Source: Macrostomum hystrix (Eukaryota; Animalia; Platyhelminthes). Taken from it: a stretch of 64,000 nt of DNA. The stretch spans positions 27,156,001 through 27,220,000 of the forward strand of contig CATNEN010000038.1 in the NCBI GenBank assembly GCA_950097015.1, read 5' to 3'. The notes below the pieces were generated by a model that saw nothing but the letters and a program-made list of their open reading frames with translations, was not told the origin of the DNA and did not search any database. Position numbers and translations under genes: made by a program. Below are positions 40,038 to 51,600 of the stretch, one piece after another; position 1 is the first letter of the stretch; each line of letters begins with the position of its first letter.

Positions 40038-41264
40038 TTTTAGGGCTGGGTGCAGTATTGTAGGGCTGGGTGCAGTATTGTAGGGCTAGGTGCAGTATTG
40101 TAGGGCTGGGTGCAGTATTGTAGGGATGGGTGCAATATTGTAGGGATGGGTGCAGTATTGTAGGGCTGGGTGCAGTATTGTAGGGATGGGTGCAGTATTG
40201 TAGGGCTGGGTGCAGTATTGTAGGGATGGGTGCAGAATTGTAGGGATGGGTGCAGTATTGTAGGGCTGGGTGCAGCATTGTAGGGCTGGGTGCAGTATTG
40301 TAGGGCTGGGTGCAGTATTGTAGGGATGGGTGCAGTATTGTAGGGATGGGTGCAGTATTGTAGGGATGGGTGCAGTATTGTAGGGCTAGGTGCAGTATTG
40401 TAGGGCTGGGTGCAGTATTGTAGGGATGGGTGCAATATTGTAGGGATGGGTGCAGTATTGTAGGGCTGGGTGCAGTATTGTAGGGATGGGTGCAGTATTG
40501 TAGGGCTGGGTGCAGTATTGTAGGGATGGGTGCAGAATTGTAGGGATGGGTGCAGTATTGTAGGGCTGGGTGCAGTATTGTAGGGCTGGGTGCAGTATTG
40601 TAGGGCTGGGTGCAGTATTGTAGGGATGGGTGCAGTATTGTAGGGATGGGTGCAGTATTGTAGGGATGGGTGCAGTATTGTAGGGATGGGTGCAGCATTG
40701 TAGGGCTGGGTGCAGTATTGTAGGGCTGGGTGCAGTATTGTAGGGATGGGTGCAGTATTGTAGGGCTGGGTGCAGTATTGTAGGGCTGGGTGCAGTATTG
40801 TAGGGATGGGTGCAGTATTGTAGGGCTGGGTGCAGTATTGTAGGGCTAGGTGCAGTATTGTAGGGATGGGTGCAGCATTGTAGGGCTGGGTGCAGTATTG
40901 TAGGGCTGGGTGCAGTATTGTAGGGATGGGTGCAGCATTGTAGGGCTGGGTGCAGTATTGTAGGGCTGGGTGCAGTATTGTAGGGCTGGGTGCAGTATTG
41001 TAGGGCTAGGTGCAGTATTGTAGGGATGGGTGCAGCATTGTAGGGCTGGGTGCAGTATTGTAGGGCTGCGTGCAGTATTGTAGGGATGGGTGCAGTATTG
41101 TAGGGCTGGGTGCAGTATTGTAGGGATGGGTGCAGTATTGTAGGGCTGGGTGCAGTATTGTAGGGCTGGGTGCAGTATTGTAGGGATGGGTGCAGCATTG
41201 TAGGGCTGGGTGCAGTATTGTAGGGCTGGGTGCAGTATTGTAGGGATGGGTGCAGTATTGTAGG
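40038..41264. repeat. Minisatellite, 20-bp unit TAGGG(C/A)TGGGTGCAGTATTG, ~61 copies
   Basis: Direct inspection. Confidence 0.95.
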
Positions 41265-41861
41265 CTTGAGGGCACTATTGAAGGGTTTGACGCAGACAAA
41301 GGCTGAAATTTGGCAGTGAAAACAACGTTCCGACTTTGGCCCTGATTAGGCGTAAATCTATATATTCTGGGCCGGGCGAGACACCCACCTCAGCCCGCTC
41401 ACTTGGACCTGGCAGCCAGGTGTACATAGCCAGGTGTACATAGCCAGGTGTACATAGCCAGGTGTACATTCAGTGATACTCATGCTTCTGGTTAGAGTCT
41501 ATTTTTATATATTTATTAAGCAATACTTGAGAACAGTAATTAGAACAGTTTATGACGCATTTTTGCATGCTTGAATGGCAGTCAGTCTGGGTGCAAAAAG
41601 CAGAGAAAATTCAGACAGAATCGTCTAAGGAAACTGGACTTCTACGAGCTATGATATGATAAGAACATTTTTGGGACTGTCTGCCCAGCTACTGTAATAA
41701 ATTGGCTGAGGTGACAACCAGATAGACATATTTGAGTCTTGAACATATTCTGCATGAATAATTGATCAGCCACTGGTGAGAGCAAAAACTAATAAAATAA
41801 CAGTTTCTTTTGGTTATTTATTGATTATGAGAAGCTAATTCACAGGTTATGATATTCAAAT

Positions 41862-42104
41862 TCATCTACTCGAGCAGAATTGCAAAGCTATGCAAGAATT
41901 TCGAGCTCTAAAAGCACTCAAAAATGTGCAGTTGTGATGAATCTCTGGCTGATCACGAGAAAGATCGCCCACAGCAACAATCTCAATGTAGTCAGCGCGG
42001 CAGTCGCTCTCTGTGTCCTGCCCCTCCACAGCAGCACCAGCAGCAGCAGTCGCTGGTATGCTAACAATCAAGTAGCAGCACTCGGACTCGAAGCCGTTAG
42101 TTTT
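41862..42104 (-). CDS. Putative terminal cytoplasmic exon of the lectin-Ig receptor (two YxxPhi motifs), in frame but preceded by TAG
   Basis: TTTCAG|AAA ACT... gives KTNGFESECCYLIVSIP...ADYIEIV...SSR*; phase 0 matches the donor at 42517. Confidence 0.5.
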   Translation of the reverse strand, partial: KTNGFESECCYLIVSIPATAAAGAAVEGQDTESDCRADYIEIVAVGDLSRDQPEIHHNCTFLSAFRARNSCIALQFCSSR

Positions 42105-42171
42105 CTGAAATCAGAGCAGCCTTGAGCACTCATTCAGTTTCGGAAATAAAACGGAAACACTACTGACAAGT

Positions 42172-42429
42172 AGCATTGTAGCCAAGTAGCCATTGTAGCC
42201 AAGTAGCCATTGTAGCCAAGTAGCCATTGTAGCCAAGTAGCCATTGTAGCCAAGTAGCCATTGTAGCCAAGTAGCCATTGTAGCCAAGTAGCCATTGTAG
42301 CCAAGTAGCCATTGTAGCCAAGTAGCCATTGTAGCCAAGTAGCCACTGTAGCCAAGTAGCCACTGTAGCCAAGTAGCCACTGTAGCCAAGTAGCCACTGT
42401 AGCCAAGTAGCCATTGTTGCCAAGTGGCC
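42172..42429. repeat. Minisatellite, 17-bp unit CATTGTAGCCAAGTAGC
   Basis: Direct inspection. Confidence 0.95.
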
Positions 42430-42517
42430 ATCGAGATTAATGGATAAGCAACGTGGCATTTCTCGGACAGGACTGTCCCTGTTTGCTCGCTGAAGTCTAA
42501 GTGACTCGTTGACTCAC

Positions 42518-45500
42518 CTAATTAGCAGGATGGAACACCTCAGGTGACACTTTAGATTCCTCCTGAATGCCTGAGCTTAGGTTGAGCCCGGCTGCTGAAG
42601 GCTCAGTTGACGGCACTCGGAGCTGCAATGGAAAGGTTCAGAGCCGTCGGCTTCTGAAGGGCACGATCGCCACATTGTCCTGCACTGACCTTCGAGATGA
42701 GCAGAAAGCATGCAGCGCAGACGACTGACACAACAACGAAAACGATGGTGGCTGAGACAGCAATTGTTTTCGTTGTTGCAGTCGTGAAAGTCATGAGCCC
42801 AGCCCCAGGGCAGTCGAGTCGAGCCATGGTGTAAACAGGTGAGCCGAAAGTCATGTTCTCAGGGAGGTTCTGTGCCGCACTGCAGTTGACAAAGACTTCG
42901 CTCCTGCTCATGTCATGCTCAACACCGCTGTCGAGCGACCACGTGGTAAGGAGGCCCCTGTTGTCTGGCACCTGCAGTTTCATATAGTACAGTGTGTTGC
43001 AACCAAGTCTTTCAAGAATCATACAGAATGCAACTCACCTGTGAAAGCAGAGAGACATTTTCTCCTTTGAGTTCGCCAGCTTGAAAGTCGCACGTGTGCT
43101 CAGGCATTGGGTGAGAAGCCGATGATCTGAACTGTACCGTTATTCTTGCCATGCTTTTGCAGCTTTCCAGGAATTTTATCGATAGACTCGATGGCGGGTC
43201 TGGCGGAAATTTTGAGGTGCTTTCATAAATTGCTGCTCAAGTATTTGTTATGAGGAGCAAATACGAGTTATTAGAAAAATTCTGGATGCCCACTCACACA
43301 GCACGTTGACTGGGGTCTGCGTCTGCACAGAGCCAAGGCTGCAAGAGTAATTTCCTGAGTGCTCAGAAAGTGCTCGAGCCACTGCTGTCTTGTGATCTTC
43401 AATGCAGGTACCGTTCGGAAGGCAGAGCTGGAGCCCGCTTGAGTTTGAGCACAGCATTGAGCTTTTGCAGTGCAGCTCGCATCTCACATCGAAACTCGAG
43501 TTGACGGCCACAAACTGATCCGCGGAGGCCGCTGAAAAAATATTTTGACCAGCTTGGATGATAAACAGATAAACGAAAAGGGATCGAATGCAGTTTATGT
43601 GACTGAAGTCTCTGTGACGAGTTAATGGTACGGATGCACTCAAAGGCATTGGAATCTAGTATCTATTATCGTTGATGTGGAACGAGTTTATCAACGAGTT
43701 CATGAGTTCCATGAGGCATAGTTGATGGTCAAATTGGCTATTGGCGTTTCAATTGACTTGGCTTTTTGACAACATGCCCGTAGAGATTGTGTCAGTCGAG
43801 GTTTTTTTGCTGTGGTCATTGTGTCAGTTGATGTTTTGTGCTGTGGTCATTGTGTCAGTTGAGGTTTTGTGCTGTGGTCATTGTGTCAGTTGAGGTTTTG
43901 TGCTGTGGTCATTGTGTCAGTTGAGGTTTTGTGCTGTGGTCATTGTGTCAGTTGATGTTTTGTGCTGTGGTCATTGTGTCAGTTGAGGTTTTGTGCTGTG
44001 GTCATTGTGTCAGTTGAGGTTTTGTGCTGTGGTCATTGTCTCAGTTGATGTTTTGTGCGGTGGTCATTGTGTCAGTTGAGGTTTTGTGCTGTGGTCATTG
44101 TGTCAGTTGAGGTTTTGTGCTGTGGTCATTGTGTCAGTCGAGGTTTTGTGCGGTGGTCATTGTGTCAGTTGAGGTTTTGTGCTGTGGTCATTGTGTCAGT
44201 TGAGGTTTTGTTTTGCGCAAAAATGTCTCGCTTTCAGGCCCTTATAATTCTTTAAAAGTTATAAACAAAGTAGAAAATCTGCTCACAGAGCACGGCGACT
44301 GAGGTCTGCTTGCTGACAGAGCCAAGTCTGCAAGAGTACTTTCCAGAATGCTCAGGAAGTGCTCGAGCCACTGCAATCTTGTGATCTGCAATGCAGGTAC
44401 CGTTCGGAAGGCAGAGCTGGAGCCCGCTAGAGTTGAAGCACATCTGTGAGTTGTTGCAGTGCAGCTCGCAGCTCACAGAAAACCTCGACTGGAGGGCCAC
44501 GACCTGAACTACCGAGATCGCTGGAATATAAATTACCATTGAAATTTCAAGCTCATCTTGTGCACTTCCTGCTTAAGAAATTACTTTAAACTGAACTCAC
44601 TCAGTACGCTGACAGTGGATGTTTTTGCAACCGATCCGAATCTGCACCTGTAGTCACCTGAGTGCTTAGGCTGAGCACTGCCAATGTGCAGCTCATGGCC
44701 ATTTATGCAGCTGCCGTTGGGAGAGCACAGCTGCAGCTCGCTTGAGCTCGAGTTGAGATTTACTCCATCGCAGTGCAGCAAGCAGCTCACACTGAACTTT
44801 GAGCTCTGAGGCACCAGCTGAGGCGCTGAGGATTCTGGAGATTTACAAACCATCCAATCGACATTGCTAAATCAAGGAAATTTAGAATTTCCATTTCACA
44901 ACAAAAGGTCTATAGTAAAAGAGCCGAACTCACTCGGATGCACAGTCTGAAGCCTGAGATCTGCGAAGCTCATGAAGTCGTCAGGATAAGATGACCCAGT
45001 AATATCCCTTCGCAGCAGCAAGTGTCTCACCTGGAATTCAGATAAAATCTCAGTGGGATCCAGAACTCATCAGAGCACAACTCAAGGCACAGAGCAGGTC
45101 TCACCTCCGCTAAGCAGTTCACGGTGAAGATCTCACCAGCCTCGATATGCGCCTCATGCTTGCTCACCGTCAGGCCGCACCGTCTCCAGAGCTGCTGAGA
45201 CTCTCTGAACTGGCTGTTCATTTTTCTTGAGCTGCAGTGATCACCTGAGAACAGCTGTCTGCTGCTGCTCGATGTCCAGATCTCGATGTCTTTGGCTCTC
45301 GGGTAGACATGTGTAGCGCCATCTAAAAGTGAGTACTTTCGACTAAGCAGTGGAAGCTGATGTGCATGAAAAAATGGAGCAGTGACTCACCCTCTCTGCC
45401 CTTCACAGTAACTAACCCGATAAGCACAGGCTCATTCAGCATCACTGCGAACCAATGAAATCCTCCGTCTGCTTGGCTTCTGTCTTTGCTGTGGAAGAAT

Positions 45501-48052
45501 TCGTAGCTGGGGGTAGAATTCTTTACCGTCTTTTCCTCTTCAGTGGAGCTTCTGTTGCTGAAGCAAGACGTTACTCCGCCGATCGTTTCAAAGGACGACG
45601 ACTGCCACGAGTTGAGTACTTGGTTCCTGCGAATCGGCAACTCACAGGCTGCAGTTGCCATGGAAAATTGCAATTCAGAAAGTAACTCGAGCAATTCTCT
45701 ATTATTCCTTATTGTGTTTAAATTTGCTTTCGGCCTTTATACTTTAACCAATTTCACCAGGTTGTGCTTCTGCATTGTGCTATTTTTTACCGTTTGTCTA
45801 ATTTCTCTGAGCTACGATTCGAAGTGTAAAAATGTCTCGCTTTCAGGCCCTTATAATTCTTTAAAAGTTATAAACAAAGTAGAAAACCTGCTCACAGAGC
45901 ACGGTGACTGAGGTCTGCTTGCTGACAGAGCCAAGTCTGCAAGAGTACTTTCCAGAATGCTCAGGAAGTGCTCGAGCCACTGCAATCTTGTGATCTGCAA
46001 TGCAGGTACCGTTCGGAAGGCAGAGCTGGAGCCCGCTTGAGTTTGAGCACAGCATTGAGCTGTTGCAGTGCAGCTCGCATCTCACAGCGAAACTCGAGTT
46101 GACGGCCACAAACTGATCCGCGGAGACCGCTGAAAAAATATTTTGACTAGCTTGTATGATAAACAGATAAACAAATAGCGATCGAATGCATTTTATGTGA
46201 CTGAAGTCTCTGTGACGAGGTAAAGGCAGGATATGAATCTAGTATTGATTTTCGTTGATGAGGAGCTGATTTCTCAACGAGTTCATGAATTCCATTAATC
46301 AGAATGGCCGTTCAATTGGCTATTGGCGTTTTAATTGGGTTTGGGTTTTTGCTACCCAGCCCTGTCTGTTTTGCTGTCTGCTTACCTTGTATTCCTCACA
46401 GTCAGTTCTGACTTTGCTCTAATTCTATCTAGTTCTCTACATTTTCCGCCTTCTGATTGGTCCGCCTCTCACTTTCTAGCCTCCTCTCTTACCCTCAGTC
46501 GCGCACTCTTTTGTTATCGCCAAGCCAACCCCCTCCAGTCTGTCCAACTTAACCATGCGTTATACGAGTCGGATATAGCCAAGGGCACAGCGCCCTGTCA
46601 CTTTCGCTTCTCTTCTCTCCATTGGCTACCCGCATGGCAGCTAAAAAATTATTACTTCTCCTAATTTCTCGACACTTCTTCCAAGCAATTCGGAAATAAC
46701 TCGAGCAATTCTCTATTATTCCTCATTGTGTTTAAATTTGCTTTCGGCCTTCACACTTTAATCAATTTCCCCAGACTAACTTCTGCATTGTGCTATTTTT
46801 TACTGTTTGTCTCATTTGTCCGAGCTACGATATGAAGCGCAAAAATGTCCCGCTTTCAGGCCCTTATAATTCTTTAAAAGTTATAAACAAAGTAGAAAAT
46901 CTGCTCAACTTGTGCACTTCCTGCTTGAGAAATTACTTTAAACTGAACTCACTCAGTACGCTGACAGTGGATGTTTTTGCAACCGATCCGAATCTGCACC
47001 TGTAGTCACCTGAGTGCTTAGGCTGAGCACTGCCAATGTGCAGCTCATGGCCATTTATGCAGCTGCCGTTGGGAGAGCACAGTTGCAGCTCGCTTGAGCT
47101 CGAGTTGAGTTTTACTCCATCGCAGTGCAGCAAGCAGCTCACACTGAACTTTGAGCTCTGAGGCACCAGCTGAGGCGCTGAGGATTCTGGAGATTTACAA
47201 ACCATCCAATCGACATTGCTAAATCAAGGAAATTTAGAATTTCCATTTCACAACAAAAGGTCTATAGTAAAAGAGCCGAACTCACTCGGATGCACAGTCT
47301 GAAGCCTGAGATCTGCGAAGCTCATGAAGTCGTCAGGATAAGATGACCCAGTAATATCCCTTCGCAGCAGCAAGTGTCTCACCTGGAATTCAGATAAAAT
47401 CTCAGTGGGATCCAGAACTCATCAGAGCACAACTCAAGGCACAGAGCAGGTCTCACCTCCGCTAAGCAGTTCACGGTGAAGATCTCACCAGCCTCGATAT
47501 GCGCCTCATGCTTGCTCACCGTCAGGCCGCACCGTCTCCAGAGCTGCTGAGACTCTCTGAACTGGCTGTTCATTTTTCTTGAGCTGCAGTGATCACCTGA
47601 GAACAGCTGTCTGCTGCTGCTCGATGTCCAGATCTCGATGTCTTTGGCTCTCGGGTAGACATGTGTAGCGCCATCTAAAAGTGAGTACTTTCGACTAAGC
47701 AGTGGAAGCTGATGTGCATGAAAAAATGGAGCAGTGACTCACCCTCTCTGCCCTTCACAGTAACTAACCCGATAAGCACAGGCTCATTCAGCATCACTGC
47801 GAACCAATGAAATCCTCCGTCTGCTTGGCTTCTGTCTTTGCTGTGGAAGAACGCGTAGCTGGGGGTAGATTTCCATTTAGTGTCAATCGCTGTCTCTTCG
47901 TAGTAGCCTCTGATGCCGAAGCAAGTCCTTACATATTTGATCGACCCAAACCACGACGACTGCCAGGAGTTAAGCCCATTGTACTTGCGAATCGGCAACT
48001 CACAGGCTGCAGTTGCCATGGAAACTTGCAGTGCCAGGATTAGCAGAAGCAT
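42518..48052 (-). CDS. Type I membrane protein with two F-type-lectin/discoidin-like domains and 5-6 Ig-like domains (SP-FTLD-Ig-Ig-FTLD-Ig-Ig-Ig-Ig-like-TM-tail), ~971 aa
   Basis: Exons (minus, GT-AG, phase-consistent, total 2916 nt): 48052-47743, 47674-47457, 47382-47286, 47186-46953, 46129-45896, 45648-45391, 45322-45105, 45030-44934, 44834-44601, 44520-44287, 43531-43298, 43199-43039, 42971-42690 (TM IAVSATIVFVVVSVVCAACFLLI), 42622-42518. Signal peptide MLLLILALQVSMATAA. Lectin motifs WQSS...AID...FFHS...WFAVML...V.V.GRED...R..DIEIW. Five 234-nt phase-1 Ig exons with F.V.C...HSG.Y.C. Confidence 0.72.
43786..44210. repeat. Minisatellite, 31-bp unit ATTGTGTCAGTTGAGGTTTTGTGCTGTGGTC
   Basis: Direct inspection. 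Confidence 0.95.
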
Positions 48053-48607
48053 GGCCTTGGCCAGTTTGAGAATTTCAAAATCAGTAAAAATTTGTGCTGC
48101 TGAAATCAACCTGCAGAATTTATAGCGGATTCACTATGACGTCCTATTTGAATGAATCGGCACCTGCGATATGATTTGATGATCCAGAGAGTAACACTGT
48201 TCACAGCAAATCGAATAAAGGCACAATCTGCTTTATTTCGAAGCTTGGACCATGTTGTGTTGCTGCTAGATCATTTGTCTGCACTTGTTCTTTCTTGTTC
48301 TTTCTTTTTTCTTGTTCGATAATATAGCTTTTTCAATCCTTTTTAGTTCTTTCTGCGTTCAAATTGGTGCGTGGCTGTCAGCAGTATGACGTGGCAGCGG
48401 TGTCGGGATGTACCATAGAAGACAGAATCAATTCGGTAAAAACTGTGAGCAATTTGGGTCACATGGGGGAGGCATAGCCGAGACGAAGAATGTATAATTC
48501 TTGAACGCGTACGAGTGCTTTGGCCATAGACGCACGAGTAAGCGTTCATGAATTTCATTCTTATTAGAGCCATTCTAACCATAGACAAAATTCATATTAG
48601 GAATAAA

Positions 48608-51600
48608 GTGTGGAGGGAGGAAGCTCGCACCGGCGGGACACAACGCCTGTGAGGTATGAGTCAGTCAAGGCCTACGGGCTAAGGTCTGCGATGCCTCACA
48701 CCTGCAGTCGCTTTTTGAGCAGGCTTGGCAGGAAGGAGCCCTGTGCCTTCGGGTACAGAGATCCTTCCACGCTGTCCCGTCAGCTGACCCATGGGTACAC
48801 GTCCCGCGAGTGTTCAAGGCTGACCCTAAGGCAGCCGGACAGAATGGGCAACAGCGCTGGATGACCCATCCAGGGCCTCTGGCCAAACTGGGTACCTCTA
48901 GCCCTGGCTGGAGGGAAAGGTGTCACCCTTTGACCTTAACAGGGTATGCGGCCAGTCTGCAGCGTTCGTGCACCTGTGCGTGATCAGGTACCTCTGGCTA
49001 CGGCTCTGAGGGACAGGTGTAACCCTTCGACCTCAACAGGGTACGCAGCCAGTCTGCGGGTCTGGCACTGCTCTAGGTATCCTCTTATGCCTAAGGTCTC
49101 ACCGCGCTGAGGGGCTGAAAGGTCCGGGGAGTTTATCCGGCCGTTGGCGGTTTTTATTATTATTTTTCTTTTCTCTCTTTCCAGCGACCTATGGAGTCCC
49201 ACTATAGCTCCAGCACGTCCCAGGACCCTGCTGAAACGCTGACCCCGGCCGGCAACGCAGATCCTCAGGACCAGCGTCAGGGCGACACCGGTTCCACCGG
49301 CGCTCAAAATCCATCCTGCTCCTCCGCCACTCAGGAAAACACCAGAGCGGCTGGATCAAAGAGCAAACGCTCCCCTGCCACGCAAGCCCGAAGCTTCGCC
49401 CGCCTCCAGGAATCCCGGCGGCGAAAACAGGAAGTACCGCCTCCGAGGAGGGGACTGGCAACTCTGCGAACATCGCGGAGGAAACGGCACCCAACAAGGA
49501 GGCGGACTCCTCACGCCGTCCGGGAAACCCGGAAGCGCGGAAAAGTGCCGCCCAGGCCTCTGGGAAGTCCGGTTCCTCTCGCGGCGAAACCTCTCACAGC
49601 CATCCAGAAACTCCGACGACTGCTGGGGGGCCCCTTGCGGGAGGCGCCGGCCAAACCACAAAGCCAAAGCACATTTACGCTGCTATGGCAAAGAGGCAGC
49701 CGGCCTTGGTTATCCGAGTCCAGGAGACGCCCCTCTCGACAGCGCAACTCGACCAGATCTGGCGCAGATTGGACTCCCATCTGGTCAAACTGGCACTGAG
49801 CGGCACTGTGCTGCATGTCCTGAAGACTGACATCCAGGACCAAGCCCTCATTGTCCAGCCTGCCGACAACCAGTCCGGACAGCAACTCCTCGAGATGCTG
49901 AAATCCTTCGACTGGGGCACGGCAATGGGCAACCTGTTTATCTACAGGGAAGACGAGCGCCCCCAGACACACCGTCATCGTGTTTGGATCCCAGCTCGCA
50001 GCGCCATCACCAACGCCGGAGAACTGCGCCGCCTGCTGTTAGCAATCCACCCGGATCTGCCAGCAAACGGTGTCGTGGTTCATGAAACCATCACCAGATC
50101 TGGTGGAGACGGTTTCACGGCCATCCTAGGACTGTCGGACAGCTGGATGCTCCGCTGCCCAAACATGTCCTACATCAGTGCAGGCCTCACTCGAATGCAG
50201 ATTTTCAGCTTCAAGTCCGACGCCACTCGCCCGCCGCCCCCGGAAAAGCGGAAACGGACGAACCAGAGCTCTGCCGGGTCCCCGCGCCCTGGAACACAGA
50301 CTCCTTGTCGTCACGACCACTCCGAGGATGCGGACCCTATTAGGGGCAAAGCCGCGCGAGCCGCAACAACAGGCGGACGTGGTAAGGGCCGGAAACCCGC
50401 CCGCAACACCATCCGTACTGGCCTGACTCAGCGCGCCAGACAGCTGTCGGACCCCAACAGTGGACGCCACCACAGCACCACCCGGCCCAATGTCTCATCG
50501 GAACCCCCGACGGAAAACCGGGCTGAGGATACGGACGCCGCTGTTGCGGCAGCCCCGGCCTCAGCTCTGGACCCGATTCAGGAGGAACCGATGGAGCTCG
50601 GGCAAAACACCGGCGAGGACGAGGAATCGCTCCTGAACAACTCGCCGTAGGCCAGCAGGTAGCCGCACGGACCACCCCTCCTGGGGTGAGCTTCCTGCAG
50701 CTGAACCTGCACCACTGCATCGCGGCCTCGACCAACCTGGCGCGTGTGGTGGACTTCGAAAAACCGGGCATCATCCTCCTCCAAGAGCCCTGGACGAAGA
50801 AAGGTAAGATTCCGAACATTCCTGCAGGTTTTGACTGTTTTTTCATGCCCCAAAACCCCAGGGCTGCTGTGTTCGCGACTACCGATCTCAAAGCTTGGTA
50901 TAGACCAGACCTCTCTGACAAAGACCTCTGTGTCATCCAAACCAACCACATTCTCCCGAACCGCACCGTCATCATCGCCTCTATCTACATTATTGTCAAC
51001 TTGGGGGTCATTGTCAACTGGGGGATCATTGTCAACTGAGAGATCATTGTCAACTGGGGGATCTTTGTAGCTGTAAAAAAGCTGAAAATTATACAGCTGC
51101 TAAAAAGCATTTACTGGACAAGAATAAAAAATACTACACGACTAAGTTGGTTTCATGATTTCAAATGATTTCCACTCGAAATTATTAACCTGGAAAGTCA
51201 CCTATAGAAAATTTTATCTTAACTCTGACTATGTCAGTACACTATATGGCTGTCGTCGGTGTCCCAATAGATTTGAGCACAGCTTATCGAGTCGGATTCA
51301 ATTGAAAATCAATCTAGAAATGATTTCCTACACGACTGAGTTGGTTTCATGATTTCAAATGATTTCCACTCGAACTTATTAACCTGGAAAGTCACCTAGA
51401 AAAAGGCGCGGGTTGGGCGCAGTGTGTCCCACCGGGGGAATACTGACTGGACGGCCTTTGCGGAATCCGTGAAGCGCCAGACCAACCAGTTAGAATCCGT
51501 TGTTCCTGCCACCTGTCAAGAAGTGGACGATCTAGCCGATCTGCTCAGCACGACCATCTTGACAGCTCATGAAACCTCTTGCCCCCTTAAAGCCTACAAA

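Noticed and set aside
38223-41299. Cys/His-rich long ORFs resembling zinc-finger or metallothionein proteins
   Set aside because: Products of 23-bp and 20-bp arrays, open in multiple frames.
48608-49150. Possible HDV-like ribozyme in the LINE 5'UTR
   Set aside because: Known in some LINE clades, but I could not assemble a P1-P4 double pseudoknot by eye; needs an RNArobo/Infernal search.
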